Assembly: GCA_050302075.1 (NCBI GenBank)
Contig: JBNLAH010000001.1
Coordinates: forward strand, 228,157-292,156
DNA from: Parachlamydiales bacterium
GTDB lineage: Bacteria > Chlamydiota > Chlamydiia > Chlamydiales > SM23-39
Direction: 5' to 3'
Length of the DNA: 64,000 nt
The notes beneath the pieces are model-generated. The model made no database searches, was not told the DNA's origin, and saw only the letters and a list, made by a program, of their open reading frames with translations. Shown here piece after piece: positions 49,101-59,364 of the stretch; position 1 is the first letter of the stretch, and the number at the start of each line of letters is the position of its first letter. Both the position numbers and the translations under genes were made by a program.

Positions 49101-49552
49101 GTCCGTCAGAACAATATGAAGAGCTTTTTTTAGAAATCGCCAAACAGTGGAAAGAAGTACTTGGAATAGATGTAGTTTTAAAACGAGTGCCAGTTGTCCA
49201 ACTAAGAAAACTTTTAAAATTTTACGACTTTCAAGTTAGTGGATACATTCATTATTCATGGTCAGATGATCCAATCTATCATTTTGATTATCTGAAATGC
49301 CCTGGATACCAGTTCAACGGAACTCAGTGGCATAATCCGTTGTTTTCATCTTTGATAAATCAAGCACAAAAAGAGCTTGATTTGGCAAAAAGAGAAAAAA
49401 TAATTGCCAATGCAGAAAGTGTCATTTTACAGGATATGCCTGTTATACCAGTTTACTTTTATAACTATCGATTTGTTCAATCAGAATCTTTAAAGAAAGT
49501 TATTCTATCGAACGTTGGACAAATTGATTTTAAATATAGTGAGTTCACATGA
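46118..49552 (+). CDS. large protein: ~640-aa unknown N-terminal region fused to an OppA-like (SBP family 5) domain
   Basis: C-terminal SLDPR, LYEGL, TAHDFEYAW, NGPF and DMPVIPVY; no signal peptide; start uncertain (TTG 46118 or ATG 46148). Confidence 0.8.
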   Translation: MAKRKIFIIIMKDSLTLESDAKDSIIIHGPKIDNYHESRIKRLSEVFLFNKDIANEIKSPWIRWKIGQKAPTYAFLCIVTPFKDELSTFCEETLKHHLFYDKKIPIVFTNNLYFSFKSRPYEVLEFKEICLKVDQEEHLHNLKKNKSKISKDISSGLRFPNYVNEFLKLNRSQVNLNTPLLYEIINNLLIKFPSKIDKQIFSDLQHFLIFATDSFTKQHSLQHVLKVILAYYFFKKEIEHKSKAYPNQRHIKIKISNTKLYYPFGHKDVLGIFLALNIKTDKERFGKKHIVMILDQVLNNYSFIDSSFFIFQVGSLSFLYLELKKKDNRKHQSLKGIVETLSHEIKNSIEMISSRVISYRNEEEIYRNIILLKDQLQYREDLPQVVISFHEHFGETLKFHVIILRLVKKKKPYIKKNIELFSKASIYIEKTIQLEPLDEDYTKEATVVIISFSSSNFIRKDHSIDLLKARNFASECVVEIVGEFRDFNGGYIDKQRKNFYQVKQLLGKVGSKNEVYIENLFYSLVPVTVQALFSPNNLRSLFLIFLKSLSMEVPSGKNFISLVEQNDESVYFFVKSKDINLKDAFLPLEEENFFDPFNFASTSIEIDSYLYLGFIFLHPENPRDFIAKIYKIIRKYFQSKKAEQSLCINLPRPGCSLDPRVDGDRHSGVLIKMLYEGLTRIGFDGKPQLALAEKVTISENKKTYVFHLKKAYWSNKIRITAHDFEYAWKKILDPNIQKNHAFMFFSIKNAEAIKNGKKSFNELGIHVVDEKTLRIDLEYPMPYFLFLTAHWIYSPLCKNVCQVDPGWAYFGENEYVCNGPFKIDTWERDKEIILAKNQNYWDVDSVKLNRIKAVNVEDEELLLSMFDKGKIHWLGEPLSLVPSKILNSKDCQKVIKTHQTSALFWLMLNVKSYPVRSKFIRQALAYSLNRSQIVEKILGKKASVATQISNDYEFNSNQNSFKDADYESADKCFNLGLKEMNLSRNDFPSITLSFSPSEQYEELFLEIAKQWKEVLGIDVVLKRVPVVQLRKLLKFYDFQVSGYIHYSWSDDPIYHFDYLKCPGYQFNGTQWHNPLFSSLINQAQKELDLAKREKIIANAESVILQDMPVIPVYFYNYRFVQSESLKKVILSNVGQIDFKYSEFT

Positions 49553-51114
49553 GAAAAATACTAAATTTATATATAATAATAGCAGTAACTTTATTCTTAA
49601 CTAGTTGCAAGAATAATACCCCCAAATCTGATAGTACATTAAAGATAAACTTTCAGACAGAACCATTGTCGTTAGAACCAAAGCTGGGGATTAACTTAAC
49701 TAGTCAAATTGCTATCCGAGCTTTATTTGAAGGCTTGATGAAAATAAGTGAAATAGGTGAGGTGACTTTAGGAGTTGCAGAAAAATATAATGTTTCTGAA
49801 GACAAAAAAACTTATGTATTCAAGTTGAGAGACACCTATTGGAGCAATGGAGAGAAGGTTAGTGCGCATGATTTTGAAAAGGCTTGGAAAAGTGCTGTAA
49901 GACCAGATTCACTATGTCGACTTCCACACCTTTTTTACTCAATAAAAAATGCAAAAAAAATAAGGGAAAATCTTTTATCAATTGATGAACTGGGAGTAAA
50001 GGCCATCAATGATAAAACCCTTAAAGTAGAATTGGAGTATCCGGCGCCTTTTTTCTTAGGTCTATTATCAAATCCCATATTTTCTCCTGTTAAAGATATT
50101 GACACTGAAGGTGGAAAGGAAAGTTTAATCATTTCAAATGGCCCATTCATGTTAAGTGAATATATACCTAATAAGGGAATGCTTTTGGTAAAAAATCCTC
50201 ACTACTATTTAAGTGATCAAATCAAAATTGATGCTATTGATATAGCATTTATTAAAGATCCCCAGACTGCAATGAATATGTTCAAGAAAAATGAGTTTGA
50301 TTTTATTGGAGATCCCGTTTCTAAAATTCCTCTAGAAGAAGAAGAAAAGCTTTTAAAATCGAACAAGCTGACAGTCAAACCAAGTGCTGGAATTTACTGG
50401 ATAGGCTTTAATACAGGTAAGACCCCATATAATAATGTTCATTTTAGGAGGGCTTTGGCATATAGCTTGGATAACGGGCTATTTTCTCAGCTGCTGAATT
50501 ATAAACAGCCGGCAAAGACATTTGTTCCTGACTTTTTGTCAAACCTAAGCGAATTTTCTTCATGGTATGATGTAAACGAGGCTAAAAAGCAGTTAGAGAT
50601 AGCTTTAACAGAGTTAAATTTAACTAAAGATAATGTGCCTACAGTTAAGTTGACTTATTGTGAGAAAATGGATGGAGGTAAGCAGCTTCCTCTTTTAATA
50701 AAAAAACAATGGGAGAAGAACTTAAATATCAAAGTCGAAGTGCAAGAAATGGAGTGGAACAGCTATTTAGACGCTCTCTTTAAACATAAATTAGATGTGG
50801 TCGGGGTTCCGTGGTTTTCCTACATTAATGATTCTTCATATCTTTTGGAAACATTTAAGTTGCGTTCACTCTCCTCAAACTGGACCTTGTGGGAAAGCAA
50901 GGAGTTTATTGAGAGTTTAGATAATAGCAATCAGTGTGTTGATCTGAACAAAAGAAAAGAGTTTCTTTCAAATGCAGAAAAAGTCATTGAGAGTGAGATG
51001 CCGATAATTCCTTTATTCTATGATGATTATCGCTATCTTACAAAACCGAATGTTCGAAATATTGTTATCTCAAAAATTGGCGAGATAGAGTTTCGTTACT
51101 GCTCTATAGATTAA
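49549..51114 (+). CDS. oppA: oligopeptide ABC transporter substrate-binding lipoprotein
   Basis: lipobox LTSC; LFEGL, SAHDF..AW, SNGPF and MPIIPL motifs. Confidence 0.88.
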   Translation: MRKILNLYIIIAVTLFLTSCKNNTPKSDSTLKINFQTEPLSLEPKLGINLTSQIAIRALFEGLMKISEIGEVTLGVAEKYNVSEDKKTYVFKLRDTYWSNGEKVSAHDFEKAWKSAVRPDSLCRLPHLFYSIKNAKKIRENLLSIDELGVKAINDKTLKVELEYPAPFFLGLLSNPIFSPVKDIDTEGGKESLIISNGPFMLSEYIPNKGMLLVKNPHYYLSDQIKIDAIDIAFIKDPQTAMNMFKKNEFDFIGDPVSKIPLEEEEKLLKSNKLTVKPSAGIYWIGFNTGKTPYNNVHFRRALAYSLDNGLFSQLLNYKQPAKTFVPDFLSNLSEFSSWYDVNEAKKQLEIALTELNLTKDNVPTVKLTYCEKMDGGKQLPLLIKKQWEKNLNIKVEVQEMEWNSYLDALFKHKLDVVGVPWFSYINDSSYLLETFKLRSLSSNWTLWESKEFIESLDNSNQCVDLNKRKEFLSNAEKVIESEMPIIPLFYDDYRYLTKPNVRNIVISKIGEIEFRYCSID

Positions 51115-51157
51115 TTGTTCAAAAAAAATAATTTTTATTTAAATAAGTGAGTTAAAA

Positions 51158-52732
51158 ATGAAAAATAAATTCTATTTCTTTGCTTCTGTTTTTATAGCTT
51201 CGTTATTGATATTTGGATGCGAACCTAAAAGCTTCAATAAATCTAAAATTTTAAAGCTAAACTTTGCAATGGAGCCAATTTCTTTAGATCCTAGATTTGG
51301 AACCAATGTAACAAGTCAAAGTGTTATCAGAGCCTTGTTTGAGGGGTTGATGAAAGTGAGCAATACTGGAGATGTTACTTCTGGTATTGCTGAAAGTTAC
51401 AAAATTTCAGAAGATAAAAAAATATATGTTTTTAAATTAAAAGATTCAAGCTGGAGTGATGGTCAAAAAGTGAGCGCATATGACTTTGAATATGCATGGA
51501 AGAGCGCTATTTTACCTAACTCTAAATGTAGAGTTCCGCAGTTGTTTCATACTATAAAAAATGCAGAGAAAATAAGAAAAAAACTCTTGCCAATTGCCGC
51601 GATGGGAGTAAAGGCTATTGATGAAAAAACTCTTCAAGTAGAGCTGGAATACCCAGTTCCTTTTTTTCTGAACTTGTTATCAAATCCAGTTTTTTCACCG
51701 CTTAGAGAAGATAAAGATGATTTTGATAATCCATCAGAAATAATTACAAATGGACCTTTCCAAGTTAAAAAATATGAACTAGGAAAAAGGATATCTTTAT
51801 TTAAAAACCCTCACTATGGCTCAAAAGACCAAATAAAAATAGATGGAATTGAAATATCTTTTGTCAAAGATCCTCAAACCTCCATGTACATGTTCAAAAA
51901 AAAGGAGATTGACTATATCGGAAATCCAATAAGTAAAATTCCATTTGAAGAAGAAGAAAAGCTCTTTAAGTCAGGAAAGCTGAATGTTAAGCCGATAGCT
52001 GCAATTTACTGGCTCGGGTTTAACACAAGTCAATTTCCATATAATAATCCTCACTTTAGAAAAGCTTTGGCGTATAGCTTAAATAATGAGTTGTTTTCTC
52101 AAGCACTTAACTATAAAAAACCGGCAAAGTCATTTGTTCCGATCAGCTTGTCTAATTTGTCTGAAAAAGAGCTGATATCTTGGTACAACATAGATGAAGC
52201 TAAAAAAGAACTAGAAACCGCTTTATCAGAATTAAATTATAATGTTGAAAATCTTCCTCCGCTTAAAGTTACATATGGTGGCCAGACAAGCGGTGGCAAG
52301 ACAATAGCTCTTTTGATAAAAAGACAATGGGAAAATAACCTGAAAATTAAAGTAGATATTGAAGAAATGGAGTCAAACAGTTACTTGGCGGCTATATTTG
52401 ATCATAAATTAGATATTGCTGGTAGTGGTTGGTTTGCTCATTTTGATGATCCACTTTATCATCTAGAAACGTTTAAGCTTCGCTCTTATAAATCTAATTG
52501 GGCTGTATGGGAAAATGAGAAATTTGTAGAAAGTCTAGATAAAAGCAATCAAACATCTGACCCAAATGAAAGAAAACTCATTTTAAAAGAAGCCGAAAAA
52601 ATTATGAAAGAAGATATGCCAATAGTTCCATTGTATTATGAAGACTACCGTTACCTTGTAAAACCTAATGTTCACGGTATTGTTATAACAAAAACTGGTG
52701 GTATTGAATTTCGTTATTGTCACATTGACTAA
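51158..52732 (+). CDS. oppA: oligopeptide ABC transporter substrate-binding lipoprotein (paralog)
   Basis: lipobox FGC; SLDPR, LFEGL and TNGPF motifs; closely similar to 49549-51114. Confidence 0.88.
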   Translation: MKNKFYFFASVFIASLLIFGCEPKSFNKSKILKLNFAMEPISLDPRFGTNVTSQSVIRALFEGLMKVSNTGDVTSGIAESYKISEDKKIYVFKLKDSSWSDGQKVSAYDFEYAWKSAILPNSKCRVPQLFHTIKNAEKIRKKLLPIAAMGVKAIDEKTLQVELEYPVPFFLNLLSNPVFSPLREDKDDFDNPSEIITNGPFQVKKYELGKRISLFKNPHYGSKDQIKIDGIEISFVKDPQTSMYMFKKKEIDYIGNPISKIPFEEEEKLFKSGKLNVKPIAAIYWLGFNTSQFPYNNPHFRKALAYSLNNELFSQALNYKKPAKSFVPISLSNLSEKELISWYNIDEAKKELETALSELNYNVENLPPLKVTYGGQTSGGKTIALLIKRQWENNLKIKVDIEEMESNSYLAAIFDHKLDIAGSGWFAHFDDPLYHLETFKLRSYKSNWAVWENEKFVESLDKSNQTSDPNERKLILKEAEKIMKEDMPIVPLYYEDYRYLVKPNVHGIVITKTGGIEFRYCHID

Positions 52733-52737
52733 TTAAC

Positions 52738-52791
52738 TTTAGGCTCTTTCAAAAATTATTGACGAAAAAGGTTAATTTGGAAGAGCCTAAA
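52738..52791. terminator. long inverted repeat after the oppA cluster
   Basis: TTTAGGCTCTT / AAGAGCCTAAA with a ~32-nt loop. Confidence 0.4.
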
Positions 52792-52816
52792 AATATTCAT
52801 ATGAGTTAGGTACATT

Positions 52817-53515
52817 GTGAAAACAGAAAATATCATCTATAAGGATAATACAGAGCTGGAGGCTACTGTTTCATACTCAAAATCAAATGCTCCAGTAGTA
52901 CTTATTTTTCATGCTTGGAGCGGCAAAGATCAATTTGTTATTGATAAAACAAAAGAGTTAGCTAAAGCTGGCTATGTTGGGTGTGCGCTTGATATTTATG
53001 GAAAAGGAGTTATTGGTAACGATAAAGATGAGTGCACTAAACTTATGAGTCCCTTTATTGAAGATAGACAACTTCTTCAAAAAAGGATCTTGGCTGGGTA
53101 TGACATGGCAAAAAGCTTAAAATTTGTTGATTCTAATAAGATTGCTGCGATTGGTTTTTGTTTTGGGGGACTATGTGCATTAGACCTTGCTAGAAGCGGG
53201 GTAGATATTAGAGGCATAGTAAGTTTCCATGGAATTTTGATGGGGCATTCACTAGCTAAAAATAACATATCTGCCAAGGTGTTAGCCTTACATGGGCATG
53301 ATGATCCGTTGGTTTCTCCTGAGGATGTGCTCGCTTTTGAAAAAGAGATGAGCGAAAGAAATGTTGATTGGCAAGTGCACGTTTATGGAAAAACTATGCA
53401 TGCTTTTACAAATCCATCTGCCAATGACAAAGATTTTGGTACTGTTTACAATCCAGTAGCTGAGAAAAGAGCAATGGGCTCTATGTATAATTTTTTAGAA
53501 GAGATTTTTTCTTAG
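52817..53515 (+). CDS. dienelactone hydrolase family protein
   Basis: GFCFGG, SFHG, HGHDDP and HAFT motifs. Confidence 0.92.
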   Translation: MKTENIIYKDNTELEATVSYSKSNAPVVLIFHAWSGKDQFVIDKTKELAKAGYVGCALDIYGKGVIGNDKDECTKLMSPFIEDRQLLQKRILAGYDMAKSLKFVDSNKIAAIGFCFGGLCALDLARSGVDIRGIVSFHGILMGHSLAKNNISAKVLALHGHDDPLVSPEDVLAFEKEMSERNVDWQVHVYGKTMHAFTNPSANDKDFGTVYNPVAEKRAMGSMYNFLEEIFS

Positions 53516-54148
53516 GTGTCTGGGTTAAATAGTTTCGATAAGATTTTATATATCAATTTGGCTCATAGAATAGATCGAAATGAAAGAGTCTTATCAGAGC
53601 TTTCTAAATTATCTGTTCAAAAAGAAAAAATAATACGTATTGATGCGCATTACACACCTTTAAATGGCCATAAGGGGTGCTGTTTAAGTCATATGAAAGC
53701 ACTTACTTACGCGGATGATAACAACCTAAACAATGTATTGATTTTAGAAGATGACGTAGTGTTTGAACATTCTTTGTCTGAAGTGTCTAAATATATAAAT
53801 TACTTTCTCGAAAATGTTAAAACTTGGGATGTCTTTTTTTTATCTACTAGAGTATTAGCCAAAAATAAAACAAAATTTTCTGAAATTTTTCGAGTAACTT
53901 GTGCTCAAACATCTCATGCATATGCTATCAATAATCATTACTTCAAAAATCTGTATGAATGTTATGAGCGGTCCTATAAAAAAATGGAAAATGATGTATT
54001 TTTTATTCAATCAAGAAAGCATTGCTTAGACCAAGAATGGAAAAAACTTCAAAAAAAAGATAGTTGGTATATTGGGGCCAGCCCAATAGCAAGACAAGGT
54101 AGGTCAGTTAGCGATATTGAATTAGAAGTAACCGACAAACCTTTTTAG
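53516..54148 (+). CDS. glycosyltransferase family 25
   Basis: YINL..R.DR, GC.LSH, LILEDD and AYAIN motifs. Confidence 0.85.
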   Translation: MSGLNSFDKILYINLAHRIDRNERVLSELSKLSVQKEKIIRIDAHYTPLNGHKGCCLSHMKALTYADDNNLNNVLILEDDVVFEHSLSEVSKYINYFLENVKTWDVFFLSTRVLAKNKTKFSEIFRVTCAQTSHAYAINNHYFKNLYECYERSYKKMENDVFFIQSRKHCLDQEWKKLQKKDSWYIGASPIARQGRSVSDIELEVTDKPF

Positions 54149-54540
54149 AAGTTGATTTTCTCAATAAATTGCTTAGTCGGTGGAAATAGTGGGCTTGGAA
54201 GTTCATCCAATGAGAACCACTTCCAACACTCACATTTATCTGGCTCATTTAGGCTAAGTTCTCCTGAGAACTTTAGCACTTTAACTAAAAAAGATATGTA
54301 ATGTTTGTTTTCAAAAATAGTAGATATCCAAGGCCCAACCTTTAACTTTTCAGCAATAAGTGAAGTTTCTTCTTTAAGTTCCCTTTTGGCACATTCTTCA
54401 AAAGTTTCATTAAATTCTAAATGACCTCCGGCAAAAGACCAAGTACCAGATCCATGAGATGCTGTTCTTTTTCCCATTAATAATTTTTTTCCTGAAATAA
54501 CAGCAACTCCAACTCCTATCAAGGGTCTTGCATAATTCAC
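54145..54540 (-). CDS. NUDIX hydrolase (NUDT15/MutT-like)
   Basis: GGHLEFNE.FEECA.RELKEET and EPDKCE.W.WF motifs. Confidence 0.9.
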   Translation of the reverse strand: MNYARPLIGVGVAVISGKKLLMGKRTASHGSGTWSFAGGHLEFNETFEECAKRELKEETSLIAEKLKVGPWISTIFENKHYISFLVKVLKFSGELSLNEPDKCECWKWFSLDELPSPLFPPTKQFIEKINF

Positions 54541-54664
54541 TTTAAATACCTAAGTTCAAAATAGTTTGCTATAATTTAGCTTTTTAAGGGGTTTATTTAG
54601 AACTGTTTTCTTAGTTTGCAAAAAAAACTATTTTTTTAGATTTTTAAGAAAAAAGAATATTTAA

Positions 54665-55393
54665 ATGAAAAAAAGAAAAGGAAGGTACTACATCGGGACA
54701 TCTGGATGGCATTATGAACACTGGTTAGGAGCATTTTATCCTAAAGATTTGCCAAAAAGTCAGATGTTGGAATTCTATTCCAAGTATTTTTCTACAGTCG
54801 AAATTAACAATACATTTTATAGATTGGTTAACAAAAACACATATCAATCATGGAAAGACTCTACTCCTAATGAATTTATTTTTTCTGTGAAAGCATCCAG
54901 GCAAATTACCCATTATCAGAAACTAAAAAATGTTAGTTACTCACTTAAAAAGTTCTTATCTGGCACAAAATACTTGGAAAATAAGCTTGGGGCTTGTCTT
55001 TTTTTGCTTCCTCGAAATTTTAAACTCAACAATGAGAGGCTTGAAGGTTTTTTAAAGCAGCTGCCAAAAAGTAAGTTTGCATTTGAATTTAGAGATCCCT
55101 CTTGGTTCGATGAAGATGTTTACTTTCTTTTAAAAGATTATAAGTGTGCTTTTTGTATTTATGAATTTGATCAAGTTCTTTCCCCACATATAATAACTAC
55201 TGATTTTGTTTATATTAGATTGCATGGTCCATCGGGTCCTTACAGTGGGAGATATTCAAAAAAGACTCTGTTAGAGTGGGCATCAAAAATAACTAAATGG
55301 AGCCAAATGGGCAAAGATGTTTTCATGTACTTTGATAATGATGAAAAAGGTTACGCCCCTTTAAATGCTTTAGAGTTAATAGAACTGCTCTAG
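54665..55393 (+). CDS. DUF72 domain protein
   Basis: IGTSGW.Y..W, VEINNTFY, FEFRD.SW, YIRLHG and YFDND motifs. Confidence 0.92.
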   Translation: MKKRKGRYYIGTSGWHYEHWLGAFYPKDLPKSQMLEFYSKYFSTVEINNTFYRLVNKNTYQSWKDSTPNEFIFSVKASRQITHYQKLKNVSYSLKKFLSGTKYLENKLGACLFLLPRNFKLNNERLEGFLKQLPKSKFAFEFRDPSWFDEDVYFLLKDYKCAFCIYEFDQVLSPHIITTDFVYIRLHGPSGPYSGRYSKKTLLEWASKITKWSQMGKDVFMYFDNDEKGYAPLNALELIELL

Positions 55394-55491
55394 GCATTCA
55401 AATATCACTTCTTAAAAAAATATATTTAAATTTCTTGAATATAAAGTAAATATTTTATAAACATTCTCATTCAATTTTATGGTTATCCATT

Positions 55492-58374
55492 ATGAGATTG
55501 TTTCTGTTCATATTTTTTATACCCTTATTTGCTTTTTGCAGCGCGCTTGACAAAGATGATGATCCAACTATTTTTAATAATGTTAATGTTATAACAGGCA
55601 GTTTAAGTGTTACTTTTCATGATGAAGTAGTAAATGGTGCAGTGCCAATATTTCTTGTAAGGTCTTATTCAAGTAGTGGAGCTCTTGAAAAAGAGAAAAA
55701 TAATTATGATTTGTTACTAAACGCAATACATAAGGGTTGGAATATTTCTGGTGGATGGAGTTTTTTTCCTCATAAAAGCTTGTTAATTGAAGAGGACAAT
55801 GAAATTGAGAAATACCAGGTTTATGTTTATGAAAAATCAGGAGTTTACCTTAGTTTTAAATTTAAAAAGTTCGAAAATGAAAGGCAGCTAATAGCTATTT
55901 TTCAGTCGGTTGATAGTGGCCATATTTCTTATGGTAATTTAGGAGGGGACACAAACCCTAAAAATTATAAATTGAAAATTGATCTTAAAAATTCAATTGC
56001 TGTTTTGACTCTTCCTGATAGGACACAAAGAGTTTACTCGGGTCTAAGCAAAAATAAAAACAACAAGGTATTTAATAAATCATATTACTATTTAAGATCA
56101 GAGACCTTAAGTACCCAACATATCTTACAGTACTTTTATGATGATAACAAACATTTGAAAAGAATCATTGCTACTAACCCAAGTGGCAGTAAAGTTTTTT
56201 CATCATTAAATTTTGATATTTATACTCATAAATATCGTTTGGAGAGGCTTTATTGCAAAACATCTACCGGTAAATTTATCGATTATAATTTTAAAGAACA
56301 TGAGAATCGAACCTATTTAAGGGAAGTTTTCTTCAGCAATAAACCTGCAGAAAAAAATATACTCATTCCCTCTCGAAAGAAAGCTGGTGGACGAATCAAT
56401 ACCTTTTATATAAATGGAAAAGAGCAGCTTTTTGTTAATTATTATGATTCAGAGAATATTAAAGATGAGAGAAGGTGGATTGAAGACCCTAAAAGCAAGC
56501 CTTTTCATATAGATAAAGTTAAAAATATAAATCGATTAGTTAATGCAAGTGGCAAAAGAATTTGCTTTGCTTCATTTTCATATTATAAAAATCGCACTGA
56601 TGTAAGAGATGTTGAAAACCTGCTTACTAGATTTCATCATGACTCGAAAAAGTTATTAGCAATTGAATATTTTAACCAAAATGACCAGCTACATTCAGTT
56701 CAAAAATTTTTTTGGTCAGGAAACCTACTAAAGTGCAAAGCTAAATTTGACGGTAACGGTAAAGCACTTTTTGCTAAGTCATTCTCTTATGATAGCTTAG
56801 GAAATGTTACCTCAGAAGTATTTTGGGGGATTTTAACTGGTGATGAAACAAATAACATAGAAATAGATGCTTATGGCAACGTTTCGGGTGGAAGTAGTTT
56901 TACAAAAACTTATAGCTATTACCCTAATACAAACTTACGAAAAGAGGAAAAGGAGGAAAACGACCTTCGGTATGTCTTTACATATGTTCCTAATACTAAT
57001 CTATTAAATACAAAGTTTACCTATAGTGAAAATGAAATTATAGCAAGAGAGTTTTACATATATGACGAAGACCATTTACTAGTTAAGACAATTCATGATG
57101 ATGGATCATCTTCTAATATAAACAACCTATTAGATGTAACTGAACAACACTGTATTGAATATGAGAATGATCCTCGAACAGGCTTGAAAACTTTGATATC
57201 AGAGCTTTACTGGGATTTTGATAAAAAACAGTATCTTAAAGTCAGATCAAAAAAACTAAAGTACTCATTGCAGAACCAGGTAATTGAAGAGGACATTTTT
57301 GATTCTAATGATAATTATCGCTACACAATTTATACGGAGTATGACCAGTATGGAAATGTTATTCGTAAAACAACCCCAATTGGGCAGGAAGAGACCTTTA
57401 GATATGATTATATTGGAAACTTAATAGAGTCTAAAGAGATTGGATCTGAGCCCAAAAAGTTTACTTATGATTTTTCAAATAATTTAATAGAAGTTCTTGG
57501 TGTTTGCTCTAATGATCTACAATTGACAACTTATGACTTAAAAAAAAGACCTATTAAAGTTGTGGATTCAAAAGAAAATTCCATAATTAATAATTATGAC
57601 TGTTTCGGAAATCGCATTCAAACTGTATTTCCTCCAATAAAAAGTCATAATGATGAGCTGATTACTTCTGAAATTAACTGCCAATATGACACTTTAGGAA
57701 ATTTAATCACTCTAACTGCCGCCAATGGTGAGATCACCAAGTCAATTTATAATGCCTATGGGAAACCACTTAAAATCACCTACCCGGATGGATCAGAAAT
57801 AAATCATATCTATGATAATGATGGAACTCTTTTAAAGACTATTTTGCAAGATCAGACAGTTATTATTTTTAAATATGACAGTCTCAAAAGAGTTATTTTA
57901 AAAGAGGTATTTTCGGGTAATGGAAATCTTATGTCTAATGAGTCATGGTCATATAGTTTTTTTCAGTTAATTTCTCACAAAAGCTCTTCTGGGATTACTA
58001 TAAATTATAAATATGATGGAGCCGGTCGTAAAGTTGAAGAAGACATAGAAGGTATAAAGACCACTTTTTCTTATGATGCTTTGGGATTTAATATCAAAAC
58101 TCAGATAAAAGATATTTCTAGCTGCAAAAGCATAGATGATGCTGGAAGAGTAATCAAAGAATGGGAAGAAGACATATATGGAAATATCAAAAATCTAACA
58201 ACTTTCTATTATGATTTGGAAAATAGAAAAATAAGAGGTGAGAGGCTTACTTCAAAGGGGCTTTCAAGTGATTTTTTCTACTATGACGTGAAAGGAAGAA
58301 TAGCAAGGCATATAGATCCTGATGACAATGTTGTTTCTTATGCTTATGAAGATGATTTTATAAATGAGTTATAA
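55492..58374 (+). pseudogene. RHS/YD-repeat protein, C-terminally truncated
   Basis: signal peptide, VNVITG...RSYSS start and many YDxxG repeats; ends at INEL* with no RHS core or DPxG cleavage motif. Confidence 0.8.
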
Positions 58375-58730
58375 CAAAAAGAGCAATTGAGAACCTGGAT
58401 CCAAACCAAAAGAAGGTTTTAAGAAGGATTTTATATGTTCAAGCATTAGGACCTGCGTTGCCGATACAACGAAAATTAGGAAAGGAAATTCTAAATACTT
58501 ACTCTGATGCAGATTCAATTACAAATATGTTCTCTGTTCCATACATCCTTAATGATGAATATGATATTAAATTTGTGCCCTGCATTTCAAAATATAAAGA
58601 TAGGAATTTTTTTGTGGCAGACCATAAATTTTTAAGTCCTACATACCGAGGTCAATGGACAAAAAAAATAGATGATCTAAATGAAGAATTTGGATTTTAC
58701 AAAGGAGATAATCGTGAACAATATCGTTAA
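58368..58730 (+). pseudogene. orphan C-terminal fragment of the RHS protein, in a different frame
   Basis: frame open from 58368 without an ATG: VITKRAIENLDPNQKK...VQALGPALPI...NTYSDADSI; overlaps the next gene. Confidence 0.55.
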
Positions 58731-59364
58731 AATATTATTAGTATTAGCTTTAGCTGCATTATTTATTAACTTAAAAACAAAATCTAACGAGAGAGAAAAA
58801 GATGAAGATGACTACGAGGTTTATGTTGACCAAGTAGTAAATACTTTTGCAAATGAAATGCGAGAAAAATATGGATTAAGGTGTTGTGGTAGTGGAGGCT
58901 CTATGCCATATAATGTAGAAACTATTATTGTTAATTTTATTATTTTAAAGAAAACAACTTTAGAAGAAGCAAGAATAATTGAAGTTAATGCAGTAGAGAG
59001 ACTAATTGAGCTAGTTAATAATCATGAGAAAATAAGACCCTATTTGGCTGAATACCCCTTCAATTCTAGTCGAACAAAAATTTCAATTTCATTTAATGAT
59101 AAGTCTGGGTTGAGTCATACTGATGGCACTATAACCTATGTTTCATTAATTAAGAATAAAATTTTTTTTAAACAAGCTGAAAAAGTCACAAGGAAAAAAC
59201 TTTCTGGTGAAACATATGAAGCAGACAATCTCATTACTCTATTAGAAGAGCCTTATGAGGTAGCTTTAGAGAAGGTTAAAGCTTCTAATAAACTTGTTAA
59301 TTCAAACACTACTTTTGATAAATTAGCTTTAGAGAAAGATGAGTTAATAGAGGAAAAAGAGTGA
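58714..59364 (+). CDS. membrane-anchored hypothetical protein, candidate RHS immunity protein, copy 1
   Basis: GTG at 58714 after AAGGAG; N-terminal TM; near-identical to the next gene; directly after the RHS C-terminal fragment. Confidence 0.65.
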   Translation: MNNIVKILLVLALAALFINLKTKSNEREKDEDDYEVYVDQVVNTFANEMREKYGLRCCGSGGSMPYNVETIIVNFIILKKTTLEEARIIEVNAVERLIELVNNHEKIRPYLAEYPFNSSRTKISISFNDKSGLSHTDGTITYVSLIKNKIFFKQAEKVTRKKLSGETYEADNLITLLEEPYEVALEKVKASNKLVNSNTTFDKLALEKDELIEEKE

